Source of the DNA: Paraspadella gotoi
Lineage: Eukaryota > Animalia > Chaetognatha
Assembly (NCBI GenBank): GCA_051294375.1
Contig: CM119268.1
Location: 17,637,562-17,701,561 of the forward strand
Direction: 5' to 3'
DNA length: 64,000 nt
A program made the translations under genes and the position numbers. Each line of letters opens with the position of its first letter. The first letter of the stretch is position 1. Positions 1-12,066 of this stretch are shown here, piece after piece. A model generated the notes under the pieces. It was not told the origin of the DNA. It worked only from the letters and a program-made list of their open reading frames with translations, and searched no databases.

Positions 1-3000
1 TCTTTTTATTTTTCTGTTTCCATTTGACTCAGTCATTCCTTTCTATCTCCTTCTGTCTCTGAGTGATTTTTTTCATTTTTACAATTGGTAGGTTTTAAAA
101 TGTAAAGCTAATAATGTTATCTAGTCGTACATACGAAATTGCAGAGTCACGTTTTCATTCTTTCTCCTTTTTTTCTCTTTCAAATCGAAAGAGAGATCGA
201 GAAAAAATATTTTTTTCAATTGAATATTTGCAAAGTCAAGAGGTCACGAGATTGAACGAAGATTGATGTATAAAAAAAAAAAAGAAATTGGCTCCAAAGA
301 ATTTTGGAATCTACATGTGGTAGACGAATTGGATGTAGAATCGGGCACGCGACATTCAAACCGAGCCAGGGACTTTCTACGATATAAGTTTCGTTGTATG
401 AAATCGACATAAATATTCTCATTTCGATATTATTCAAAACGCCAAGAGAAGAAAGAGCTGGGATTATACAAATTTCATAATATTTGTTTCAGAAATTGCC
501 AAGAAAACAGAGGCTGGAAAACAAAACAAAAGTTTTTTTTATTTTTGATTTGTTGTTTCCGAGTCTGTTTTTCTGGCAGAGGGAATAATTGATGAAAGAA
601 AGAAACGAGTTTTTTTGTTTTTTTTATTGTTTTTTTTTCTTTCTACGAGAAACATCGGTTTAAATGTGATATAAATAGATATGTCGTGAACGTATTTTAA
701 AAGTCGAGTCGGATTTCCGTGTACATAGTCGGGCATCATCATTAGCATCGTCATCAATGGGAAAGGAGAAACCAGAAAGTCTTGGCGCTTTAATTGCCGA
801 CTCCGGCCTCGACTCCCGCGATTGCGACCATCGTCCTGATCCCCGGCCAATTCGGGGGATAGAACTCGCGAATTAACGCGAAATGAGGACGAGATTTAAT
901 GATAGTACTGATGGGGGAAAGATGGGGAGAGAGANNNNNNNNNNNNNNNNNNNNNNNNNNNNNNNNNNNNNNNNNNNNNNNNNNNNNNNNNNNNNNNNNN
1001 NNNNNNNNNNNNNNNNNNNNNNNNNNNNNNNNNNNNNNNNNNNNNNNNNNNNNNNNNNNNNNNNNNNNNNNNNNNNNNNNNNNNNNNNNNNNNNNNNNNN
1101 NNNNNNNNNNNNNNNNNNNNNNNNNNNNNNNNNNNNNNNNNNNNNNNNNNNNNNNNNNNNNNNNNNNNNNNNNNNNNNNNNNNNNNNNNNNNNNNNNNNN
1201 NNNNNNNNNNNNNNNNNNNNNNNNNNNNNNNNNNNNNNNNNNNNNNNNNNNNNNNNNNNNNNNNNNNNNNNNNNNNNNNNNNNNNNNNNNNNNNNNNNNN
1301 NNNNNNNNNNNNNNNNNNNNNNNNNNNNNNNNNNNNNNNNNNNNNNNNNNNNNNNNNNNNNNNNNNNNNNNNNNNNNNNNNNNNNNNNNNNNNNNNNNNN
1401 NNNNNNNNNNNNNNNNNNNNNNNNNNNNNNNNNNNNNNNNNNNNNNNNNNNNNNNNNNNNNNNNNNNNNNNNNNNNNNNNNNNNNNNNNNNNNNNNNNNN
1501 NNNNNNNNNNNNNNNNNNNNNNNNNNNNNNNNNNNNNNNNNNNNNNNNNNNNNNNNNNNNNNNNNNNNNNNNNNNNNNNNNNNNNNNNNNNNNNNNNNNN
1601 NNNNNNNNNNNNNNNNNNNNNNNNNNNNNNNNNNNNNNNNNNNNNNNNNNNNNNNNNNNNNNNNNNNNNNNNNNNNNNNNNNNNNNNNNNNNNNNNNNNA
1701 GAGAGAGAGAGAGAGAGAGACCTTTTCTGGAGATGGCAAAGTAGGAAAAGAGGTCATTTGAGTGAATGGGAGATGGTAGAAAAGACATTTCGAAGATGAA
1801 AGTTGAGGAAGGGAGCAATCAATTAGTTAATGGGTGACGGTATAGAAACCATTAAGAGAGAAAATGGAGAAAGGACAAACCTAAGTACAACTGTTTCTTG
1901 AGTTGAAAGAAAGATTTTGAAAATACAAAAAAAAACAAAAAAACACAAACACTAAAATTCTTTTTATAAAAGTAGACGTATTTACTCCGTCTCTTGGTGC
2001 AGATAAATATACTCAAAAGGTTGGGCAACGAGAAAAGATAATTGATCGAGGGCTCATATCGGATGTGCTTATTGCGGTTATGATGAGCGGTTGAATGAAA
2101 GAACATAATTAGAACATAATTAGAACATCATGAGAACGATCTCTTACAATGTTCTTACTGACGTTATGTTTGACAATAGACAAGAGACCGTGACAACCCT
2201 TCCAGCAACGACAAGCTCACCGCCGTGGGCTCAAGACAGTTTTAGAACTGTTGTACTCAGACCACACCCCCGAAACAGAAGCGTCACTCCTGCCGTGGCA
2301 TAGAACTGTGGCATAGAACCGTNNNNNNNNNNNNNNNNNNNNNNNNNNNNNNNNNNNNNNNNNNNNNNNNNNNNNNNNNNNNNNNNNNNNNNNNNNNNNN
2401 NNNNNNNNNNNNNNNNNNNNNNNNNNNNNNNNNNNNNNNNNNNNNNNNNNNNNNNNNNNNNNNNNNNNNNNNNNNNNNNNNNNNNNNNNNNNNNNNNNNN
2501 NNNNNNNNNNNNNNNNNNNNNNNNNNNNNNNNNNNNNNNNNNNNNNNNNNNNNNNNNNNNNNNNNNNNNNNNNNNNNNNNNNNNNNNNNNNNNNNNNNNN
2601 NNNNNNTTGGGATTTGAGCGAGGGTCTCCGAAAAGGGAATGTGGGAAAGGCTGTGGTCGGTGTGCGCTGAAAAGAAGGGCGTGTGGAGGCGGTGGAAAGA
2701 CTGTGGAGNNNNNNNNNNNNNNNNNNNNNNNNNNNNNNNNNNNNNNNNNNNNNNNNNNNNNNNNNNNNNNNNNNNNNNNNNNNNNNNNNNNNNNNNNNNN
2801 NNNNNNNNNNNNNNNNNNNNNNNNNNNNNNNNNNNNNNNNNNNNNNNNNNNNNNNNNNNNNNNNNNNNNNNNNNNNNNNNNNNNNNNNNNNNNNNNNNNN
2901 NNNNNNNNNNNNNNNNNNNNNNNNNNNNNNNNNNNNNNNNNNNNNNNNNNNNNNNNNNNNNNNNNNNNNNNNNNNNNNNNNNNNNNNNNNNNNNNNNNNN

Positions 3001-3653
3001 NNNNNNNNNNNNNNNNNNNNNNNNNNNNNNNNNNNNNNNNNNNNNNNNNNNNNNNNNNNNNNNNNNNNNNNNNNNNNNNNNNNNNNNNNNNNNNNNNNNN
3101 NNNNNNNNNNNNNNNNNNNNNNNNNNNNNNNNNNNNNNNNNNNNAATCTTGGACATAATGTGGAAAGAATGTGGAGAGAATGTGAAGTGAGTGTGAACGG
3201 AATGTGGGCAAGAACGAGCGTGGGGCGTTTATCGGAACCGAGGGGCGATTCGAAACGTCTCTTCGTCATCATGATATTTTTATTTTGCTCTCGTTTGTTT
3301 GTTTGTTTTTTTATTTTGTTTGTTTGTCGGTGATTCATCGGTTGAGCGATTTTTTGACTCCATGACTTCAAAATGAGTTGAGAGTGAATCCCATTTGCGA
3401 TTCAGATGAAGACGAACCCAGTTTTTTTGACTTAGTTTTTTTTTTTTTTTTTTTTTTTTTCAAAAATGGCGGATGGTTATCACGTCGTCAGCGTCGACTT
3501 TGCGAAGCGACAGCAAAAAATGCAACAGTAAAGCAGAGAAGTGAAGATGCCGCTGCAAAGGTTTTCTCAGGATATACATCTACAGAAGACGAACAAAATA
3601 CTAAAAATTCGCAATAATAAACGCTTACTTTCAATAGTATTTCCGAAAAGTTC

Positions 3654-3728
3654 TCGGCCGGACGGATTCGAACTCGAGACCGCTGGATGAAAATGCCGAT
3701 GGTCTCGCTCTCCATGTAAACGACAGCA
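3654..3728 (-). pseudogene. tRNA-derived relic (tRNA-Glu(TTC)-like 3' half; possible SINE head)
   Basis: The minus strand reads ...ATCGGCATTTTCATCCAGCGGTCTCGAGTTCGAATCCGTCCGGCCG. This contains a B-box (GAGTTCGAATCC) and a TTTTCA loop resembling eukaryotic tRNA-Glu(TTC). The acceptor and D stems do not fold cleanly. Confidence 0.4.
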
Positions 3729-3989
3729 ACGATGGGAAAAACTTGGGAGATTGAGAGTCGGCGAAAGGCTTTGTATCGGAAGAGACACGCCCCGATTCCG
3801 CCTCGGTTNNNNNNNNNNNNNNNNNNNNNNNNNNNNNNNNNNNNNNNNNNNNNNNNNNNNNNNNNNNNNNNNNNNNNNNNNNNNNNNNNNNNNNNNNNNN
3901 NNNNNNNNNNNNNNNNNNNNNNNNNNNNNNNNNNNNNNNNNNNNNNNNNNNNNNNNNNNNNNNNNNNNNNNNNNNTTGCACTCGGCACC

Positions 3990-4165
3990 ATCCGCAATCC
4001 CGCACAATCTGCCAAGCAATATCGACCAAGCAGCAGAATCCGTCAAGCAGATTCCACCAAGCAGAATGGCCACCATTCTTCTTTCGTTCTTTTTCGATCT
4101 GCCTGAAAAAAAAGTTCTTCCCCAAAGCCACTGACAACAATGACTGTTCTCCTTTCCATCAGCAA

Positions 4166-4214
<49 letters not shown>

Positions 4215-5901
4215 TCGAGACAGAAAAGAATTTGGTTCATGCGAAGGCAATGGGGTAGAACCATGAAAAATAGCGGTTGTTTCCGCCTCCATACTTTTCC
4301 ACCTCCTCTGACGCACGCGCCACCTCCACCACCTACTTCGCCACCACCCTCCACCCTTTTCGACTCAGCAGCGCCACCCGCGGTGCCACCATCACTGACA
4401 CGTTTCGAGCCGTCGAAGGTCTCTCTTTCTCTCGCTCTCTTTCTTTCNNNNNNNNNNNNNNNNNNNNNNNNNNNNNNNNNNNNNNNNNNNNNNNNNNNNN
4501 NNNNNNNNNNNNNNNNNNNNNNNNNNNNNNNNNNNNNNNNNNNNNNNNNNNNNNNNNNNNNNNNNNNNNNNNNNNNNNNNNNNNNNNNNNNNNNNNNNNN
4601 NNNNNNNNNNNNNNNNNNNNNNNNNNNNNNNNNNNNNNNNNNNNNNNNNNNNNNNNNNNNNNNNNNNNNNNNNNNNNNNNNNNNNNNNNNNNNNNNNNNN
4701 NNNNNNNNNNNNNNNNNNNNNNNNNNNNNNNNNNNNNNNNNNNNNNNNNNNNNNNNNNNNNNNNNNNNNNNNNGCTCTTTCAATATCTCTCGGTCATTTC
4801 CCCCTAATGATTAAATTTTCTTCCTATAAGTTTCAGCCTCGCTTTTTCTTGAAAAAACCTGAGAGGCACTCAGAAATTATTGTAGTGCTATGTATAAGAA
4901 AAGCTTAAGTATATGCCTATAATACCCTTCTTGTTTGGCCATTTGGATGTTTGTATCTATCAATAAATGATATCCGACCAAGAACAATGTATGTCTAATA
5001 AAAACCACAGAGTCAAAGGTTTGTATAGATGCTGCCTCTATATTCTTTTCCTCTCTCATGCTAATATACAAAGTGTTAACAAAGGGCATCATTGAGCTTA
5101 ATAAGATGGCAAAATATTATCTAATTGTAATTTTCAATTTTTCATCAAATTAGAAATAAAGCCGGAAGTCACCTACGCAATAAAATCCAAAAATAAATTA
5201 TTTTGATACCTTTCGATTCTAACTTTTATTTTCAATGATAACCCTTGAATATAACTATAATCCTATATAATGTTACCAGTTCGATGATAGTCACACTTGC
5301 CTCTTTAGAAACAATGACGTACTCAAAAAAAAAAAAAAAAAAAGAATAGTAAAAATCCAAGGGTTTAAACTAATCAATCATTCAGCCGAAAAAAACCCAT
5401 AACCCAGTCAGTGCCCTTCGCTCGTTATCCCTTTAAAAATCATCGAAATTTAAAACGAAAATAATTGGAGGGGAGAGGCGAAGGCGTCGAGGTCGCCTCT
5501 TTGCACCCCGCGTCGACGCAGAGGCCATCGCCGCAACCCGATCATCGCATTTGAAATTTGAAATCCGTTTCAACATGACGTGGCAGTTAGAAATATTTCA
5601 AATATTTAAAGGTAGAGTTTAACGTTCCAATATTTTTAATCTTTATACTTTCTAAGTTTTCAGTTTCTAGTTTCATACATAGTTCAATACACGGACCTAC
5701 AACTTTTTTTAATAATATGTACAAATTTATCCGTAATTTTATCTCCCTCTGCATAATTTTTGTTTTTATTATTTTTTTTTTCCTAAATTTTTTTCATCTC
5801 ACTCCCCTTCCTTTCTTTCACCAACCTCAATTTCTTAATATCTCCATCTCCCTTTGGAGAATCTCTCCCTCTCTCGCTCGCCCCATAACTTTAATCCTCC
5901 C
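3990..5901 (+). repeat. Left arm of ~1.9-kb inverted duplication (partner 9637-11545)
   Basis: ATCCGCAATCCCGCACAATCTGCCA at 3990 is the reverse complement of 11521-11545. CTCGCCCCATAACTTTAATCC near 5880-5900 is the reverse complement of ~9643-9665. The arms are colinear between these points and differ mostly by 1-bp indels. Confidence 0.95.
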
Positions 5902-6110
5902 NNNNNNNNNNNNNNNNNNNNNNNNNNNNNNNNNNNNNNNNNNNNNNNNNNNNNNNNNNNNNNNNNNNNNNNNNNNNNNNNNNNNNNNNNNNNNNNNNNN
6001 NGATCTCCTGCCAGACTGGATGCGTTCAGCGAGAGCGCGTAAAAGACCAACGAAACGACAAACCTAATAATTAAATTAATTTACAATTTAACATTATTAG
6101 TCGGTCTGGT

Positions 6111-6148
<38 letters not shown>

Positions 6149-6276
6149 CCTAAAAAAAAAAAGGAAATGGAGAAAAGATGAGAAGGTTTTATCGCCGAGG
6201 CGTGGTGGTCAACGCAGAAATTGTTCAACAGTGGAGAGAGAGAGAGAGAGAGAGCAGAGGAGAAGAGAGAGAGAGA

Positions 6277-6312
<36 letters not shown>

Positions 6313-7333
6313 CGAGGAGAGAGAGAGAGCACCAGCTGAGATGAGAGGATTTTGCCCTCCATCATTTTTTTTTCAGTCAGTTGACGGACCGCACTGAGTG
6401 GAATGGCTCTTTACGGACTACTGATGTTTGAGCAGAGAGAGAGAGAGAGAAGAGAGAGAGAGCAGAGAGAGAGAGGGGACGAGAGAGAGAGAGAGAAGAA
6501 GAGAGAGAGAGAGAGAGGAGGGAGGGAGGGATCGGACTTTCAGCCTCTCGTGCAGCCGCGATCACTTTTCAAATCGACCCGCTCCTCTTTGCCCCTCGCA
6601 AGACCGACCGACCCACTCCCGAATTTCTCATTCACCATCTCTCCTCCTCTCCCCCCCTCTCCTGACTCTCCCTCTCTTCCTCCTCTCTCCACCTCCCCTT
6701 TCCCCGTCGAAGAATCGAATTCGGCCGAGTTTTTACGGCAGACGAAAAACTAAATCGTTCGCTGCGGATTTTTCTGTCTCGTCCGTCGTCCGTCGTGTCG
6801 TCGTCATCTTTCGTTGCGATTGCGATTGTTCCTGTCTTAAAACTGAGTTATAATTGATACTATTTTTAAACTTTAAGTTCAGTTCCGTGGCCGCTGCCAA
6901 TCAATTTGTTGCCCAGCTTTGTAACTCAACGAATACGCCTTAAAAATGAATAAATGTATTCATGAATTTAGAACAATACAATTTTCAAATGACTATCAGT
7001 TTTATAAAAACAAAAAAAAAATTTTGCGAAACCGTAAACCCTATAGCCGAAAAGGCGAATCAAAATGGAGTTTCGTGTTCACAAAACGTATTTTTGTCTT
7101 TCCATGCGACGTATGTGATTGGTGAACTCATAAAGATAACAGTTCATATTCATATCAAGAAAAGTACCTGATTGAAAAAAAAATTCAAATTGACAATACC
7201 AGTAATTATTTATATTGGCTTCCGCCTTATTTTTTTGGCACTCTTTTACTCGTTCCTCGCAGACAAGAAAAGTCATTTCAATCCTGTCTCAACATTTTCT
7301 CATTTTGGTGAATCCCAAATGATGTCGGTGTGC

Positions 7334-7417
<84 letters not shown>

Positions 7418-7703
7418 GAGAGAGAGAAGAGAGAGAGAAAATGAATGAATATTCGGCCCTCCTCCAGAAGGAGAAAATTGGAATGCCGCGTTATAACGAT
7501 TTCGCAAAATGCATTAATAGACAGGGTACCTTGAAAGTTATTAGGGTGGTTGACAGAGCGGTGGAAAGAGAGATTGAGGTGGTAAAGATGGTGGTTAGGA
7601 CTATGGTTAATGGTGGTGGAAAACGATCGACTCTATCGTTGACTTAATGGTGGCCTGCGAAAAAGTCTTTCATCCTTCCCCGTAATCGAAACGCCTAATA
7701 TCT

Positions 7704-7809
<106 letters not shown>

Positions 7810-8911
7810 ACAACCGTTCCGCCAGTTTAAGTAATATTAATACCGCGAGCAACTAGGCGGATCTAAGTAGTGAATTTTTCCTCCTCTCCACCCTCCCTCT
7901 TCCTCCTCCTCCTCCTCCTCCCGCTCTTCCGCCTTCCAGTCTGTCACCATCTTTTTTTTTTGCTCCGTTTTGCTTTTTTGACGTCGCCTCTTTTGCTTTT
8001 ATTAAGCTTCAGTTTTCCTTTTCTTTGACGTTAGCGGTTTGGTTGTTCGTTTAGTATTTTCTATTCCATTTAAAATTCTGAATCCGAATAAATTTTTAAT
8101 AGTATGAAAATTGTGATCGCTTTAACGCTTAGATTTAAGTACAAAAAACCATTATTATTTGGAATTAGTTTTTGTTCTGTTGATGTTTTGTTATTTTTGG
8201 GTGGATTTTTCGAATCAAAAAGCGTTTATTTTAAAAATGTTTCCTTTTCCTAAACAAAGTAAATTTTACTTTAGTTTTTTGTCCTACCTAAAACAACCTT
8301 TTATAGCAAAAAGCGGTGCTTGTGAAGATCTAAACGTTTTTTCTCTTTGTCCTCCTTTTCCCATTTTTTTATCTCTCTCTCTCTCGCTCTGCTCTCGTCT
8401 CTCTCTTCTCTCTCTCTCTCTCTCTCTCCTCTCTGCCAACGTGTCTCTCTCTCTCTCTCTCTCATTCTCTCTCTCTCTCTCATCATCTCTCTCTCTTTCT
8501 CTCTACTTGCCATTCATCTCCCTCGAGCAATCTCATTTGCATACAGGGGGCCTGCCCGGCACAGCAAGACCGCTTCAAAATGAACCACCGTCGAAGACTA
8601 TAAACTTTTTTTCGAGGGGCGTGAATAATAAAACTAAAAAAAGTAGGTGCCCGCGCGCGCTTACCTTTTTTTTCCCCTTTTTTTTTAAAGCTTTTTATAA
8701 AACACAGCCCTGAACAGAGCGATCGTGTTGCTCGTTTATATCGATTTTTCAAATACGAATCGTAAAAAATTTTTTCTCTCTCTCTGTGTTTCTCTCTCTG
8801 TCTCTCTATCTTTCTCTTTCGCTCATATCACGTGCAACGCTTTCCTCCGCGAGTATATAAGGAAGGCGGGAAAATGAAGAAGGCGGTTTAAACCTAGTCG
8901 AACCCGAGATT

Positions 8912-8952
<41 letters not shown>

Positions 8953-8969
8953 TGAGAGGGAAGAGCGAG

Positions 8970-9007
<38 letters not shown>

Positions 9008-9102
9008 AAGAGAAGAGAGAAAGGAAAACAACTGAAAAGTATTATGAATTGATGAGTAGAGAGAAAGAAGAGTGTGAGTAGGAGAGAGAGAGAGAGAAGA
9101 GG

Positions 9103-9140
<38 letters not shown>

Positions 9141-9191
9141 TCTAAGGAAAAAAGGAAATTGGGAAAAAATAAAAGGGAAAGAAAGAAAGAG

Positions 9192-9227
<36 letters not shown>

Positions 9228-9636
9228 AGAGACGAGAGAGAGAGAAACTAGGCAAAAAAAGGAAAATTCGAAAAAAAATAAAAGGGAAAGGAAAGAAAGA
9301 GAAAAAGAGAGAGAGAAGAGAGAGAGAGAGAAGAGAGAGAGAAGAGAGAGAGAGAGAGAGAAAAAACTAGAAAACAGAAATTGAAAAAAATTAAAAAGGG
9401 AAAGAGAAAGAGAAAAGAGAGAGAGAGAGAGAGAGAGAGAAGAGAGGAGAGAGAGAGAGAGAGAGAGAACGGAAAAAGGGGAAATAAAAAAAAGGAAGTG
9501 AAAGAGCGGACAGGAAGAAAAAAGGAGAGCAAATAAAGGAAAGCCGTCCGTAAAACAGCTGAAAGATTTAATTGACGCTGAAAATCCACGACCGCGGACA
9601 TTTTTTTTTCTCGGCAGAGCCAGAGAGAGAGAGAAA

Positions 9637-10884
9637 GGGGGGGGGATTAAAGTTATGGGGCGAGCGAGAGAGGGAGAGATTCTCCAAAGGGAGATGGAGA
9701 TATTAAGAAATTGAGGTTGGGAAAGAAAAGGAAAGGGGAGTGAGTTGAAAAAAATTAGAAAAAAAAATAATAAAACAAAAATTATGCAGGAGGGAGATAA
9801 AATTAACGGATAAATTTGTACATATTCATTAAAGTTGTAGGTTCCGGGTATTGAACTATGTATGAAACTAGAAAACTGAAAACTAAGAAGTATCAAAGAT
9901 TAAAAATATTGGACGTTTAAACTCTACGCTTTAAATATATGAAATAATTTCTAACTGCCACGTCATGTGAAACGGATTTCAAATTTCAAATGCGATGAAA
10001 ATCGGGTTGGGCGATGGCCCTCTCGCGTCGACAGCGGGGTGCAAAAGAGGACGACCTCGACGGGACCTTCGCCTCTCCCTCCATTATTTCGTTTAAATTT
10101 CGATGATTTTTAAAAGGGATAACGAGCGAAGGGCACTGACTGGGTATGGGTTTTTTTCGGCTGAATGACATTGATTAGTTTAAACCCTTGATTTACTTCT
10201 TTTTTTTTTTTTTTTTGAGTACGGTTCATTGTTTCCTAAAGAGGCAAGTGTGGGACTATCACGCAACTGGTAACATTATACTACGGATTATAAGTTACTA
10301 TTCAAGGGTTATCATCTGAAAAATAAAAGTAGAATCGAAAGGTAACAAAAGAATTTATTTTTTGGATTTTATTGCGTAGGTTGACTTCCGGCTTTATTTC
10401 TAATTTGATGAAAAATTGAAAATTACAATTAGATATATTTTGCCATCTTATTAAGCTTAATGAATGCCCTTTGTTAAACACTTTGTATATTAGCAATGAG
10501 AGAAGAAAAAAGAATTATAGAGGCAGCATCTATACAAACCTTTGACTCTGTGGTTTTTAATTAGAACATAACATTGTTTCTTGGTCGGATATCAATTTAT
10601 TGATAGATACAAACATCCAAATGGCCAAACAAGAAGGTATTATAGGCATATACTTAAGCTTTTGTTAACATAGACTAAATAATTTTTTGAGTGCCTCCTG
10701 AGGTTTTTTCAAGAAATATAGGACGAAGATTAATCATTAGGGGAAAATGACCGAGCAGATAATTGAACGAGCGAGAACGGTGAGGGCGAAAAAGAAGGAA
10801 ACACGAAATAAATGAGAAAGGCCCTTGACGAGGTTAAAGACGCGTAAGAAGAAAGATGATAGGAATCGTGTGAGAGAGAGAGAA

Positions 10885-10973
<89 letters not shown>

Positions 10974-11545
10974 ATAATAAAAAAGTGCAATGGAAACAAA
11001 GAGAGCGAGAGAAAGAAAGAGAGCGAGAGAAAAGAGAGACCTTCGAGACGGCTCGAAACGTGTCAGTGATGTGGCACCGCGGGTGGCGCTGCTAGAGGTC
11101 GAAAAGGCGCTGGAGGGTGGTGGCGAAGTAGGTGGCGGAGGTGGCGCGTGCTGTCAGAGAGTGAAAAGTATGGAGGCGGAAAAACCGTATTTTTCATGGT
11201 TTATCCCCATTGCCTTCGCAATGAACAAATTCTTTTCTGTCATCGAAAATTCTCTCCCTCTCTGTCCTCTCTCTCCTCCTCTCTCTCTCTCTCTCCATCT
11301 CGTCTCATACTCTCTCTCTCTCATCTCATTCCTCTCTCTCTCTCTCATCTGTCTCTCTCTCTCTCTCTGCGATGGGAAAGGAGAACAGTCATTGTTGTCA
11401 GTGGCTTTGGGGAAGAACTTTTTTTTCAAGGCAGATCGAAAAAGAAACAGAAAGAAAATGGTGGCATTCTGCTTGGTGGAAATCTGCTTGAGCGATTCTG
11501 CGCTTCGGTCCGATATTGCTTGGCAGATTGTGCGGGATTGCGGAT
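9637..11545 (-). repeat. Right arm of ~1.9-kb inverted duplication (partner 3990-5901)
   Basis: Reverse-complement match to 3990-5901. It spells out a GA tract where the left arm has an N gap (4448-4773) and ends at a 25-N gap. Confidence 0.95.
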
Positions 11546-11570
11546 NNNNNNNNNNNNNNNNNNNNNNNNN

Positions 11571-11961
11571 TCTCTACCGATGTGAGTTTGGTTCAAAGAT
11601 TTTGAGCCTTAACTTGAATCACTGATCGGTGAATTAATTGTGAACTTTCGCGCGCGTTCACATCTCAGGATTCTCCAGAGTCTCCTCGCTGGCTGATCAC
11701 ACAATCACGCTTCGATGAGGCGGACCACGTGTTTCGCAAAGCGGCGAGGATCAACGGGACGGTTTTGCCGGAGGAGCTCAACCTAAGGACAGTGGTAAAG
11801 TTGGAGATTTAGAACCTATTTCAGATTTAAGAAATGCATACTCTATGATTATGGTTTGGTTTTTCTTAATCCTTTCTAACAGGAAAGTCTGGCCATTCAT
11901 TATTGGATTTGCTGAGAACTCCCAATCTGAGGAAAAGGACGCTGGTACTTTGGTTTTGTTG
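11571..11961 (+). CDS. Partial SLC22-family (MFS organic cation/anion transporter-like) gene: exon tail 11571-11581, exon 11669-11794, exon 11883-11961
   Basis: Exon 11669-11794 (cag acceptor, gtaaag donor) encodes [40 protein letters not shown]. Exon 11883-11961 (ctaacag acceptor, gtgagt donor) encodes [26 protein letters not shown]. These are the PESPRWL and DLxRTPxLRKRT motifs of the SLC22 central loop and TM7. Single-base frame slips are needed at the exon edges. No other exons were found in the window. Confidence 0.88.
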
Positions 11962-11991
11962 GTGAGTAGAGAGAGAGGGAGCGTGTGATAG

Positions 11992-12066
<75 letters not shown>

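Noticed and set aside
790-4814. Long ORFs containing X runs, here and at every other gap
   Set aside because: They are open only because N gaps contain no stop codons.
9042-9896. 284-aa Leu/Ser/Phe-rich ORF, and similar SLSL, RERE and FFLS ORFs such as 14618-15214, 25410-26174 and 50103-50906
   Set aside because: These are translations of (GA)n, (TCTT)n and polypyrimidine tracts with no domain signal.
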